Positions 20,015-30,781 of a stretch of 64,000 bases of DNA are shown here, in pieces (position 1 is the stretch's first letter; every line of letters starts with the position of its first letter). The position numbers were made by a program, and so were the translations under genes. The notes under the pieces were generated by a model that was not told the DNA's origin, searched no databases, and was given only the letters and a program-made list of their open reading frames with translations. The stretch is from sequence record DRR378314_814. One strand, 5' to 3'.

Positions 20015-21817
20015 ATGCCCTTAAACACCCTTAGCCAAAAAGATCTGGAATTTCATTTGAATGACATGCTGAACGTCAGCCGCCTCTCTGACAGAGAGCG
20101 GTTTTCGGAACATGACAGTGATATATTTCAGGCTGTACTGGAGACCGCGGGGAAAATAGCGGGCGATCTTTTTGAGCCACACAACCGAAAAGCGGACTTG
20201 AATGAGCCAACATTTGACGGCGAAAAGGTTCACATCATTCCAGAAGTCAAGGAAGCCTTGGATGCATATGTTGAAGCTGGCTTTATTGGCATTCAGCACG
20301 ATTACGACGTGGGCGGCATGCAGCTTCCCACATCGGTTGCGATGTGTTGCAGCGCTATTTTCAACAGTGCGAATGTCGGGACAGCCGGCTATCCGTTTTT
20401 GACAATCGGTGCCTCCAATGTTCTGCGCTCCTACGGGTCTGAGGATCAGAAAAAACGGTTCATGGAACCTATGGTGGCTGGTCGTTTTTTTGGCACCATG
20501 TGCCTTTCCGAACCTCAAGCCGGATCCTCTCTTTCCGATATCAAGACCCAGGCCGTCAAGCAAACAGATGGCAGTTATCGTCTAACCGGTAACAAGATGT
20601 GGATTTCTGCCGGCGAACATGAGCTTTCAGAAAATATTGTGCATCTGGTGCTTGCCAAAGTTCCTGGCGGCCCGTCCGGCGTCAAAGGCATCTCTTTGTT
20701 CATCGTCCCAAAATATCTGGTCAATGACGATGGCAGCCTAGGGTCCCGCAATGATGTGTCACTTGCTGGCCTCAACCATAAGATGGGGTACCGGGGCACA
20801 ACGAACACTCTCCTTAATTTTGGAGAGAATGAAGGCGCCATTGGCTATTTGATCGGAGAGGAACATAAGGGGCTTTTTTATATGTTCCATATGATGAATG
20901 AAGCCCGGATCGGTGTTGGCCTGGGGGCTGTAAGCCTTGGATATGCAGGCTATCTATATAGTCTGGATTACGCAAAAAACCGTCCTCAAGGTCGCCATCC
21001 GGATGGTAAAAATCCGAACGAGCCACAACGGATGCTGATTGAGCATGCCGATATTAAACGTCTGCTGTTGGCCCAAAAAGCGGCCGTCGAAGGAGCGCTG
21101 GCTCTATGCCTTTATGCGGCAGATCTTGTCGATGATGAAAAGACATCAGAAGATGAAGACGTTCGAAATGAGGCCAGTTTACTTTTGGATACCCTGACGC
21201 CGGTCGTGAAATCCTGGCCCAGTGAATTTTGTCTGGAGGCCAATAAACACGCCATCCAGATTTTGGGAGGGTACGGATATACCCGCGACTATCCAGTGGA
21301 ACAATATTACAGGGATAACCGTCTAAATCCCATTCATGAAGGAACCCACGGCATTCAGGGCATGGATCTTCTGGGGCGTAAAGTCATGCTGAACAAGGGT
21401 GCTGGCTTCAAACTGGTTGCCGCCAAGATCACAACCACCATTGAACAAGCCCTTAAAATCGAAGAGCTTGCGCCCTTTGCCAGCACGCTGACACGTTCGC
21501 TGCAACAGATTGCCGACACCACACAGAAAGTTGGATCAGAACTGGCCAATGGAAATGTTAATCTCGCTCTTGCAAATGCCACTCCGTATCTGGATATGTT
21601 TGGCCATCTGATCATCGGTTGGCAATGGTTACGCATGGCCATAACGGCACAGGAACAACTGAAAAGCGGCACCATAGAAGATCCCGCATTTTTAAAAGGA
21701 AAACTGTTGGCGTGTCAGTATTTCTTCCGCTATGAAATGCCCCGTATTCCCGTATGGGCTGATCTGGTGTCCTCTATCGATGAGACGACTTTCAATGCAA
21801 CGGATGATCTTTTCTGA
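20015..21817 (+). CDS. Acyl-CoA dehydrogenase (long type)
   Basis: GTMCLSEPQAGSSL, GNKMWIS, MNEARIGVG, QILGGYGY and IHEGTHGIQ; ATG at 20015 (GTG alternative at 19973). Confidence 0.92.
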   Translation: MPLNTLSQKDLEFHLNDMLNVSRLSDRERFSEHDSDIFQAVLETAGKIAGDLFEPHNRKADLNEPTFDGEKVHIIPEVKEALDAYVEAGFIGIQHDYDVGGMQLPTSVAMCCSAIFNSANVGTAGYPFLTIGASNVLRSYGSEDQKKRFMEPMVAGRFFGTMCLSEPQAGSSLSDIKTQAVKQTDGSYRLTGNKMWISAGEHELSENIVHLVLAKVPGGPSGVKGISLFIVPKYLVNDDGSLGSRNDVSLAGLNHKMGYRGTTNTLLNFGENEGAIGYLIGEEHKGLFYMFHMMNEARIGVGLGAVSLGYAGYLYSLDYAKNRPQGRHPDGKNPNEPQRMLIEHADIKRLLLAQKAAVEGALALCLYAADLVDDEKTSEDEDVRNEASLLLDTLTPVVKSWPSEFCLEANKHAIQILGGYGYTRDYPVEQYYRDNRLNPIHEGTHGIQGMDLLGRKVMLNKGAGFKLVAAKITTTIEQALKIEELAPFASTLTRSLQQIADTTQKVGSELANGNVNLALANATPYLDMFGHLIIGWQWLRMAITAQEQLKSGTIEDPAFLKGKLLACQYFFRYEMPRIPVWADLVSSIDETTFNATDDLF

Positions 21818-21861
21818 TAGGTGTCTTGCCAGAAAATCCGTAAAAAGCGCTCACATTTCAG

Positions 21862-23067
21862 GTGGACCAGATCTTGCCGAAAAATACCAAACCTTCTTTT
21901 CTGTTTTTGCAAACCATTGCCAGCCCGGTCTTTCGAAAACTGGGGGAAAAGCTGACCTCAGAAGGGTTCAAGGTTCAGAAAATCAACTTTAATGGCGGTG
22001 ATTGGTATTTCTGGCATGGACTGGGCGAAATCAATTATCGGCAAAAACCTGAAGAATTTGAAGGCTTTCTAGAGACCCTCATCCAAAAAGAGCGATTTAC
22101 CGATTTCGTTTTATTCGGGGATTGCCGTCCCTGGCACCTGAAAGCCATTGATCTTGCTCATAATTACGGTATTCGCATCTGGGTATTTGAAGAAGGTTAC
22201 CTGCGCCCCCACTGGGTCACGCTTGAGCAAGGGGGTGTCAACGCAAATTCCAGCTTTGAATTTGATCCCACGCAATCGGTACCATCTTCCGAAATTTTAA
22301 AGTTCAAGCCGCTTTCCGGTGGCTTTAAGCAACGGGTAACTTTTGATTTCATCTATAATTTTGCAAGCCTCGCTTTGAAATGGCGATACCCTCATCATAA
22401 AACACATCGCCCCTACTCAATTTTAACCGAATATGCCCATTGGGCGCTCCGGCTTTTGAAACTGAGCTGGCAAAGACGGCAAGCAACAGAGGCTATCCAG
22501 GCCCTCTCCCAGAAAAATGAACCCATTTACCTGTTCCCGCTGCAACTTGATTCAGATTTCCAGATCCGCTTGCACTCTCCTTTTAAGGGAATGCTCGCTG
22601 CGATTGATCATGTGCTGAAAGAATTTGCAGAAAAAGCACCCTCCAGTGCCTATTTACTCGTAAAAAATCACCCGCTGGACAATGGGATAATCAATTACCG
22701 GCAGCGGATCAAAGAAACGTCAAAAAGATTAAATATAGAGCAGCGCGTTGTCTTTATTGATGGAGGTGATTTGCCGCAAATTCTCTCTTTTGCAAAAGGC
22801 GTGATTACTGTGAATAGTACAGTCGGCTTAACGGCCCTTGAAATGCAATTACCAGTTGCTCTTCTTGGCAAATCAATTTATGACTGCACAGAATTGGTTT
22901 ATCATGGCAGTACGGCAGAATTCTGGACAAATCCTGTTGCTGCAGACCCGAAGATGCTTCAAAAATTTAAGGATCAACTCTTGCGAAACTGCCATATTAA
23001 CGGAAACTTCTACACCAGAACCGGCATGGAATTAGCCGTTGAGAATTCTTTTCGTAGAATGAAGTAA
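21862..23067 (+). CDS. kpsS: Capsule biosynthesis Kdo transferase KpsS (RkpJ-like)
   Basis: FGDCRPWH, FEEGYLRP.WVTLE.GGVN, PLQL..DFQIR.HS, KNHPLD and TVNSTVGL.AL motifs. Confidence 0.88.
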   Translation: MDQILPKNTKPSFLFLQTIASPVFRKLGEKLTSEGFKVQKINFNGGDWYFWHGLGEINYRQKPEEFEGFLETLIQKERFTDFVLFGDCRPWHLKAIDLAHNYGIRIWVFEEGYLRPHWVTLEQGGVNANSSFEFDPTQSVPSSEILKFKPLSGGFKQRVTFDFIYNFASLALKWRYPHHKTHRPYSILTEYAHWALRLLKLSWQRRQATEAIQALSQKNEPIYLFPLQLDSDFQIRLHSPFKGMLAAIDHVLKEFAEKAPSSAYLLVKNHPLDNGIINYRQRIKETSKRLNIEQRVVFIDGGDLPQILSFAKGVITVNSTVGLTALEMQLPVALLGKSIYDCTELVYHGSTAEFWTNPVAADPKMLQKFKDQLLRNCHINGNFYTRTGMELAVENSFRRMK

Positions 23068-23089
23068 AACAGTAGTTTAAAGTTACCCC

Positions 23090-26000
23090 ATGACTGATCA
23101 GAATTCCAAACCGAACCTACCCTCGACCGCAGGCAAAATTGCTATAGTCGGCTCCTCCATCCGTCTTCCAAAAGGCTGCGACAGCCCCGCTCGCTTTTGG
23201 GAGGTGTTGATCAACGGCGAAGATCTGATTACAGAGGTCGGTGCGGATCGCTGGAACCCAGAAACTTACTTCTATCCAGCGCGCGACATTCAAGGGAAGG
23301 CCTACACAAAAGCCGCTGGCCAGCTTGAAAATGTTTGGGATTTTGATGCGGATTTCTTCAACATCTCCCCGCGTGAAGCCAGCCAAATGGATCCACAGCA
23401 GCGCCTTCTCCTGGAGATGAGCTGGGAAGCCTTCGAAGATGCAGGCATTAGGCCCTCGACCATCAAAGGCAGTAATGCCAGTGTTTGCGTCGGCATTTCA
23501 TCTAACGATTTTGGAACAAGCCAATTTGGGGATAGCGCGACGGGCAACGCCTTTTTTATGCTCGGCACAACCATGAGCATCGCGTCAAACCGGCTCTCAT
23601 ACTTCTATGATCTTCACGGATCCAGCTTTTCTGTGGATACCGCCTGTTCCTCATCCCTTTACGCGCTGGAGCAGGCCTGTAACCGAATTGTTTCTGGCCA
23701 ATCCGATGTTGCCATTTGTGGCGGCGTCAGTGTTCTGCTAACCCCCTTTCCCTTCGTCGGCTTTTCACAAGCCAACATGTTATCACCGGACGGTCGATGC
23801 AAGGCGTTTGACAGTCAGGGAAATGGATATGTCCGTTCTGAAGGGGGCGGCGTTTTAATCCTGAAAGATCTGGATCAGGCACTTGCCGACGGGAACCCGA
23901 TCATCGCAACGATCGAGGGGGTTGGCACCAATGCGGACGGGCGGACAAATGGGATGTCCCTGCCCAGCTCCGATCATCAGGAAGCTCTCTTACGGTCCGT
24001 CTACGCAAGTGCCGGGATTGAGCCAAACGACGTTAATTACATTGAAGCCCATGGCACCGGAACCATCGTCGGAGATGCTGCAGAAGTGGGTGCCATTGGA
24101 CGCGTATTTGGACCTGAGCGTAATAGGGACAACCCCTTGTTGATTGGCTCAGCGAAATCAAATGCCGGACATCTGGAAGCAGGTTCTGGCATGATCGGCC
24201 TGATCAAGGCCGCACTTGTAGTTAAAAATGCTACCGTTCCGCCCTCTATCCATGTGAAAGAGCTGCGTGACGATATTCCCTTTGCTGACTACAAAATTAA
24301 AGTTGCCACAGAAAACCATAGCTTTGATAAGTCTGAAGATGTCACGGTTGGGGTCAATTCCTTCGGTTTTGGCGGCGCCAATGGACATGCAATCCTTCGT
24401 TCTGTTCAAACGCCGCCGCAACCCACTTCAAAGCCAGTTAAAACCAGAAACACTGAATTGGCAACGCCGCTCCTGCTGTCTGCCCGTTCAGAATTCTCGC
24501 TCAAAGCGCTGTGCCTTGATTATGTGGATATCTTATCCCAACCAGATTTTGATCCACTCGCCTATGAAGAACTCGCCGCCTCTACCATTTTTCATAGAGA
24601 GGATTTTGAATATCGCCTCGCTATGGCGGCGAACACATTGGAGGAAATACGCCACGCACTCCTGACTTATGCCAAGGAAGATGCTGCTGAATTTCCGTGT
24701 CAGACCGGCCATACCCACGGCGCCGATAAACCAATTGCTTTTGTCTTTAATGGGAACGGATCTCAGTATGTCGGCATGGCTGCTGATCTTCTGCAGCAAA
24801 ATCCGATTTTTGCCAAAAAGATACAACAAATCGATGCCATTGTTCAGGCGAAAGCCGGTTGGTCAATTCTCAAGACCTTAAAAAATTCAACTGAAGAACA
24901 TATCGCCGATACCACCGTCGCCCAGCCCCTGATCATGAGCATTCAGATTGGTCTGGTGGAAGTCCTTCGTGATCAAGGCATCAAAGCCGACGCGTATATT
25001 GGGCATAGCGTAGGTGAAGTTGCCGCGGCCTATGGCGCCGGGCACCTGACCCTTGAGCAAGCTGTAACAGTCATCCTGACCAGAAGTAACGCCCAGGGCA
25101 ACACGCGGGGCCACGGCGGAATGGCGGCCATTGAAATTGCGCCGGAAAAACTCGATGAGATCCTCACTGAACTCGCACTGGATGTGGAAATCGCAGGCTA
25201 TAACGGCCCCACCAGCCTGACCCTTTCAGGTCATGATGATCAACTGGATATTCTCAAACCTTATTGTAAAAAGAACCGTATCCTCTACAAAAAACTGGAT
25301 CTTGAATACCCATTTCATAGCTCATTGATGGATCCCGTTGAAAAGGAAATCCTGACCAATCTTGAAAATCTCTCACCCGTCGATGGCACAGGCGTTCTGA
25401 TTTCAACGGTCACCGGCAATGAACTTGCCGGTCCTGAACTAACCGCCAACTATTGGTGGCAGAACATCCGAAAACCGGTTCTTTTTGATGTTGCTATCAA
25501 CGCGGCTTGGGATCATGGCTGCCGGATGTTCCTGGAAATCGGTCCAAAAGCAATCTTGGGCGGTTACCTGAAAAACAGTTTCAAGCAGAAATCCGAAGGC
25601 TCCAGTATCCTGCCGGCTCTAACCGGTAAATCCGATGCTGATCGCATGGCTCATATTCTGGAAGCAGTCTTCGTTGAAGGCGGACAGATCGATTATTCTG
25701 GCCAGTTTTCCAAACCTGCCAAATCAGAATTTCTCCCCACCTATCAATGGGATCGCCAGACCCATCATTTAAAAACCACATCAGAATCCCGCTTTTCACT
25801 GACCGCAGACTGGGGAGGCCCCCTTTTAGGTGAGGCACTCAACCCCGAAAAAACCGAGTGGATGGTTCAGCTTGGCGCGTTAAAGCCCGAATTTCTGAAA
25901 GACCATCTGGTCAATGAAACAGTTATCTTCCCGGCGGCTGGATTTATCGAAGTGGTCCTGGCGGCTGGCCGTATGGCTTATGGGGAGGGGAACCTTGTTG

Positions 26001-29000
26001 TTGAGAATCTGGAAATCCATGCCCCTCTCGCCCTTGAAGAGAAGAGCTTGCGCACTTTGATTGTTCATCTGGATCCGAATGATGGCAAGGTCCAGATCCA
26101 AAGTCGTCCTTATTTAAGTGACTCAGCCGGCATTACCAATGTAACGGCCAATGTTGTTAAGGACAGCTCAACTGAGGCTGCAAATTGGTCGTGGACAAGC
26201 AAAGCGGCGGCGGCGACACGGGCACCGTTTGACAAATCCGGCTTTTATGATCTGACCCAGTCTCTGGGTCTGACCTATGGACCGAATTTTCAAACCGTTC
26301 AGCAAATCGAACTGGGCGACAATCTGGTTAATGCCAAGATACAACTGGCGCCAGAATGCCAAGCGACAGCAGATTTATATAACCTCCACCCGGCTCTGGC
26401 GGATGGCTGCCTTCAGAGCCTGTTCACCTTGCTTGGCGACCCTGAAACTTCAGTAAAAGCGGCAACTTATCTGCCGTCGGTCTTTGGCAAAGTGCGGTTA
26501 TATCAAACCGCCTGCTCGTCGGTTCGCTGCTTCGCGCGTATTTCCCGTGTCAGCAGCCGGTCCATTATCGCAGATTTCAGACTGATCGCTGACGATGGAA
26601 GCGTTGTTGCAGATCTTCAGGATTGTCGGTTCCGCTTATTTGAAAGTCAGGGCCAAAGTAAAACGCCGACCCTCTATCAGCAAGATTATGTGCCGACACC
26701 GCTCCTCGATGGTCATCCTTTACCAACCGGCATTGAAGACGTCGCCCTTCCCTTTAAGCCAGAAGGATCAGGCGGCACAGACGTGCGTTATGGCGAGGAG
26801 GTTGCCCCTCTTACCGATGCGCTGATTTCTGCGTTTGTTATTGAAACGCTGCAAAAATTGGGCGCCGATTTACAAACCGGTTTCCGGGTCCTTGATCTTA
26901 TTGCAACCGAACAAATTGATCCTGCTCAGTCCCGCTATGTCAATTATCTTCTAAACCTTGTGAAGGAAGATGGCCTATTGGAGCGCGATGGCGACACCTG
27001 GAAACTGGTGGCGGATGCCGAACTGTATTCAGCAACCGATATCTGGCGCTTACTGATTGCAGATCATCCAGAACTTTTGCCCGAATTGACCATGATCGGG
27101 AGAACTGGGCAAAAGCTACCCGAAATTCTGTGTGGCAATATCTCGGATACTAATCTACCGATCCAGTCAGAAACCTCTCTTGCCAAACAATTGGTGGAAG
27201 GCTCTGCCTATGCAACGCAGTCAGACACTGCCTTAAATTCGGCGTTTGTTGAATTTCTGTCCTCCCTACCAGCGAGTATCAGCGTTCGGGTTCTGGAGTT
27301 TGGCGGCCAGAATATTCTCAGCACGAAATCTCTGCTTAATCAGGTGCCCGAAGATCGCATAATCTATGATTTTGTGGCAACGGACCCCAATGCGCATCAC
27401 CGTGCTAAACTGGAATTCTCCAGCAAGCACGGTGTCTCCTGCCATTACCTGGAGGACACCTCCTCAGACGCGCTTTCATCTTATATGAAAACAGCGCCTC
27501 AGTATGATGTCATCCTGTTTCGCGGAACACCTGTTACGCCCCCTCGGTATGAAATCGTCGCCCCAATGATCCGCGCTCTTTTGAAACAGAATGGACGCTT
27601 CTTCCTCGGGCAAAACAGTACGGGTCGGATCTCCTCTTTCCTGGCGGGCGGAGCTCCAAGTTGGTGGGATCGAAGCACATCCACAAATCAGTTGCGCCCC
27701 CTGACACTGAACGAAGCCACTTGGATGCAGCAGCTTGCCGGAAATGACGAGTTTGCCACTGAACTACTGCTTTCCAGCGACGAAACGGCTTTTGGAAACA
27801 GCATGCTGCTGACGGGTAGCCGGGCTGATGCCGCGCCTTCCCTGGAGAGCGAGACAAAGACTGACCAACCCGGTTTCAATCTGATCATTATCTCTGACTC
27901 TGAAGATGAAAAGAAACTGGCAAAGCATATCATCACGCTGAACGAACTTTCAGACAACGTGATCCTCAAGCTTGACACCGAATTCACACCTGGGCTTAAA
28001 GATGAGATGGGTCTTGGCGCCGCCTCCCAAGAGGAGGTTCAATCCCTCAACTCTTTACTCACTGAAACAGGCAAAACAATCGAAAGCTGCCTGTATCTTG
28101 CTGGCCTCTCGCTCAGTGACGAGCAAGACGCCCTAAAAGCCCAGGGTATCCGCTGCTTGCCTCTCATTAATCTGCTGCAGGGCCTCTCTCCATCACTTCT
28201 GTCCAAAGCGCGGCTGATGCTGGTTACCCAGGGCAGCCAAAAAGCGGATAAAACAGATCATACCCTTCCCCTGCAAGCTCCGCTTTGGGGACTGGGAAGA
28301 GTGATCACAAACGAATTTCCAGACCTGCGCTGCAAGCTGGTAGATCTACCCTCCGGCTCCAAAGCATTATTCGAAACGGCAACCGCGGAAATCCTGAAAC
28401 GAGAGCTGGATACGTTTGATTGGGACCGGGAAATTGTCATCCGCGAAGGGGCCCGCTACGCCTCCCGCATTCGACTGGCAGATCTGCATCCGCGCAATGA
28501 AACGTCAGAAACCCAGTATAAACTGGATTTTGCAAAGCCGGGCGCGCTGGAAAACCTGACCTGGTTTGAAGCCAAACCTGCAGAACCACTCAGAGTCGAT
28601 CAAATTGAAATTGACATGAAATCGACGGGCCTTAATTTCCGCGATGTCATGTGGGCCATGGGTGTGCTGAAAGACGAAGCCGTTGAAAACGGCTATGCCG
28701 GCCCCACCCTCGGGATGGAAGGCGCTGGCATCATTAAATCCGTTGGCAGTAGCATCACGGATTTCAATCCCGGTGACCGGGTCATGTGTTTTGCCCCCAA
28801 TTGCTTTGCCGATGTTGTGCGCACCCGAACGACCGCTGTTGCCCGTATTCCAGATGAAATGTCATTCGATGAAGCGGCGACAATCCCCAGCGTCTTTTTT
28901 ACCGTCTATTATGCACTGCAATATCTTGCGCGGCTGGAACCGGGTGAAAGGGTTCTGATCCATGGTGCAGCTGGCGGCGTCGGCCTTGCCGCTATTCAGT

Positions 29001-30733
29001 ATTGCCAGCATATCGGGGCAGAGATTTTTGTCACTGCGGGCTCTGACGAGAAGCGGGATTTCCTGAAGTTGCTCGGCTGTGAGAATGTGCTCAACTCCCG
29101 CTCTCTTGAATTTGCTGATCAGATTATGGAACTGACAGGCGGAGATGGCGTGGATGTCGTCCTGAACTCCCTGTCCGGTCAGGCTATCCCAAAGAACCTC
29201 TCCATTCTCAAGCCTTTTGGGCGCTTCCTGGAACTGGGCAAACGTGACTTTTACGCGGATAGCAAAATCGGTCTTCGGCCATTTCGTAATAATATCACCT
29301 ATTACGGCATTGATGCAGACCAGCTGCTTGCCGAAAAGCCAGCTCTTTCCAATCGTCTTTTCAAAGAGATGATGGAACTTTTCGAAACGGAAGCTTTCCG
29401 GCCTCTCGTTCATCTAAAATTCAACCCCTCTCAAATTGAAGAGGCATTTCGAACGCTGCAGCAAAGCCGCCATATTGGGAAGATTGTCGTTTCCATGCAA
29501 GAAACTGCGGATCGAACAACCGTTGCAATCCCCCGCAATGAAAACGACCAGCCCCACCAGTTTAAAGGTGCCTGCCTGATCACTGGTGGGCAAGGCGGCT
29601 TCGGCTTGGCAACTGCACAGAATTTCGCAGCTCACCATTTTGATCACTTGATCCTGGTCGGACGAAGCGGCGTCAAAACCCCAGAAGATCAGGTAATCAT
29701 TGATCAAATACGGGAAAGCGGGGTTAAGGTTGATCTGTTCAATGCGGATGTCACCAAACGCCGCGATCTGGAAGATCTGCTAACAGAACTTCGCTCAAAA
29801 GAGGTTTCCCTTTCAGGTGTTATTCACTGTGCAATGGTGTTGGAAGATGGGCTCCTTGCCAATATGGCACCGGAAAGTCTTCAAAAAGTCGCCGCGCCCA
29901 AAATTCAGGGAGCTTGGAACCTGCATGAATTGACGCAATCCGAGCCGGTTGAGCTATTCCTCATGTACTCATCAGCAACAACCTATATTGGCAATCCAGG
30001 GCAGGCGAGCTATGTGGCCGCCAACAGCTATCTGGAAGCGCTGGCAGATTTTCGCCGACAAAACGGCCTGCCGGCAACAACGGTTGCCTGGGGTGCAATT
30101 GATGATGTTGGTGTCCTGGCTGCCAATGCAGATGTTAAGGATATCCTGGTCAAACGAACAGGCCTCAAAGCCATGAGTTCTGCTGCGGCTCTCTCCGGCT
30201 TGGAAGCGGTCGTAAGGGCTGATCTGGATAATGTTGCCATGCTGCAACTGGATTGGGGAAATGTGACCCGCAACTTCGCAGTCGGTTCCACCTCTCGCTA
30301 TCTGGATATTCAACATCTGGTGGGTGAGGCTGGTTCTGTTGAAGATGCAGATGATTTCCTCGCCTCTCTTGAGGGCAAATCTCATACCGAAGCGGTTGAG
30401 CTTGTGCAGGCTCTCGTCATCAGCCAAATCTCTGCGATCACCGGATCGCCTATCGAGAAAATATCTGCTGAAAAGTCGCTATTTGATCTTGGCATCGATA
30501 GCCTTATGGCCTTGGAATTGACCATGGAGCTGGAGCGAAAAACCGGTATCGAGTTATCCTCCATGAGTATTATTGGTGGCGGTAATATCTCTGACCTTGC
30601 CGCCAAGGTTGCCTCTCTGCTGACAGGCGAAGGTGACCCTGAAACCGAAAGTGAGGGCAATGACATGGATGCCCTCCTTGCCCAGCACGGTATCAGCGAA
30701 GATCTTGATGACACCTCGGCGAAAACCCCTTAG
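23090..30733 (+). CDS. rkpA: Type I PKS, RkpA/WcbR type (KS-AT-DH-pseudoMT-ER-KR-ACP)
   Basis: KS DTACSSS/HGTGT; AT GHSVG/YPFHS; DH HLVNETVIFP; ER HGAAGGVG; KR GGQGGFG and YVAAN; ACP GIDSL; no thioesterase; capsule context. Confidence 0.92.
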   Translation: MTDQNSKPNLPSTAGKIAIVGSSIRLPKGCDSPARFWEVLINGEDLITEVGADRWNPETYFYPARDIQGKAYTKAAGQLENVWDFDADFFNISPREASQMDPQQRLLLEMSWEAFEDAGIRPSTIKGSNASVCVGISSNDFGTSQFGDSATGNAFFMLGTTMSIASNRLSYFYDLHGSSFSVDTACSSSLYALEQACNRIVSGQSDVAICGGVSVLLTPFPFVGFSQANMLSPDGRCKAFDSQGNGYVRSEGGGVLILKDLDQALADGNPIIATIEGVGTNADGRTNGMSLPSSDHQEALLRSVYASAGIEPNDVNYIEAHGTGTIVGDAAEVGAIGRVFGPERNRDNPLLIGSAKSNAGHLEAGSGMIGLIKAALVVKNATVPPSIHVKELRDDIPFADYKIKVATENHSFDKSEDVTVGVNSFGFGGANGHAILRSVQTPPQPTSKPVKTRNTELATPLLLSARSEFSLKALCLDYVDILSQPDFDPLAYEELAASTIFHREDFEYRLAMAANTLEEIRHALLTYAKEDAAEFPCQTGHTHGADKPIAFVFNGNGSQYVGMAADLLQQNPIFAKKIQQIDAIVQAKAGWSILKTLKNSTEEHIADTTVAQPLIMSIQIGLVEVLRDQGIKADAYIGHSVGEVAAAYGAGHLTLEQAVTVILTRSNAQGNTRGHGGMAAIEIAPEKLDEILTELALDVEIAGYNGPTSLTLSGHDDQLDILKPYCKKNRILYKKLDLEYPFHSSLMDPVEKEILTNLENLSPVDGTGVLISTVTGNELAGPELTANYWWQNIRKPVLFDVAINAAWDHGCRMFLEIGPKAILGGYLKNSFKQKSEGSSILPALTGKSDADRMAHILEAVFVEGGQIDYSGQFSKPAKSEFLPTYQWDRQTHHLKTTSESRFSLTADWGGPLLGEALNPEKTEWMVQLGALKPEFLKDHLVNETVIFPAAGFIEVVLAAGRMAYGEGNLVVENLEIHAPLALEEKSLRTLIVHLDPNDGKVQIQSRPYLSDSAGITNVTANVVKDSSTEAANWSWTSKAAAATRAPFDKSGFYDLTQSLGLTYGPNFQTVQQIELGDNLVNAKIQLAPECQATADLYNLHPALADGCLQSLFTLLGDPETSVKAATYLPSVFGKVRLYQTACSSVRCFARISRVSSRSIIADFRLIADDGSVVADLQDCRFRLFESQGQSKTPTLYQQDYVPTPLLDGHPLPTGIEDVALPFKPEGSGGTDVRYGEEVAPLTDALISAFVIETLQKLGADLQTGFRVLDLIATEQIDPAQSRYVNYLLNLVKEDGLLERDGDTWKLVADAELYSATDIWRLLIADHPELLPELTMIGRTGQKLPEILCGNISDTNLPIQSETSLAKQLVEGSAYATQSDTALNSAFVEFLSSLPASISVRVLEFGGQNILSTKSLLNQVPEDRIIYDFVATDPNAHHRAKLEFSSKHGVSCHYLEDTSSDALSSYMKTAPQYDVILFRGTPVTPPRYEIVAPMIRALLKQNGRFFLGQNSTGRISSFLAGGAPSWWDRSTSTNQLRPLTLNEATWMQQLAGNDEFATELLLSSDETAFGNSMLLTGSRADAAPSLESETKTDQPGFNLIIISDSEDEKKLAKHIITLNELSDNVILKLDTEFTPGLKDEMGLGAASQEEVQSLNSLLTETGKTIESCLYLAGLSLSDEQDALKAQGIRCLPLINLLQGLSPSLLSKARLMLVTQGSQKADKTDHTLPLQAPLWGLGRVITNEFPDLRCKLVDLPSGSKALFETATAEILKRELDTFDWDREIVIREGARYASRIRLADLHPRNETSETQYKLDFAKPGALENLTWFEAKPAEPLRVDQIEIDMKSTGLNFRDVMWAMGVLKDEAVENGYAGPTLGMEGAGIIKSVGSSITDFNPGDRVMCFAPNCFADVVRTRTTAVARIPDEMSFDEAATIPSVFFTVYYALQYLARLEPGERVLIHGAAGGVGLAAIQYCQHIGAEIFVTAGSDEKRDFLKLLGCENVLNSRSLEFADQIMELTGGDGVDVVLNSLSGQAIPKNLSILKPFGRFLELGKRDFYADSKIGLRPFRNNITYYGIDADQLLAEKPALSNRLFKEMMELFETEAFRPLVHLKFNPSQIEEAFRTLQQSRHIGKIVVSMQETADRTTVAIPRNENDQPHQFKGACLITGGQGGFGLATAQNFAAHHFDHLILVGRSGVKTPEDQVIIDQIRESGVKVDLFNADVTKRRDLEDLLTELRSKEVSLSGVIHCAMVLEDGLLANMAPESLQKVAAPKIQGAWNLHELTQSEPVELFLMYSSATTYIGNPGQASYVAANSYLEALADFRRQNGLPATTVAWGAIDDVGVLAANADVKDILVKRTGLKAMSSAAALSGLEAVVRADLDNVAMLQLDWGNVTRNFAVGSTSRYLDIQHLVGEAGSVEDADDFLASLEGKSHTEAVELVQALVISQISAITGSPIEKISAEKSLFDLGIDSLMALELTMELERKTGIELSSMSIIGGGNISDLAAKVASLLTGEGDPETESEGNDMDALLAQHGISEDLDDTSAKTP

Positions 30734-30781
30734 ATTACCTTCCTTTATTCGTCACAGAATTTCAGGTCAGAAGAGCGATTA

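Noticed and set aside
23090-30733. Novel antibiotic-type PKS cluster
   Set aside because: Architecture and neighbours match the known capsule-linked RkpA/WcbR family.
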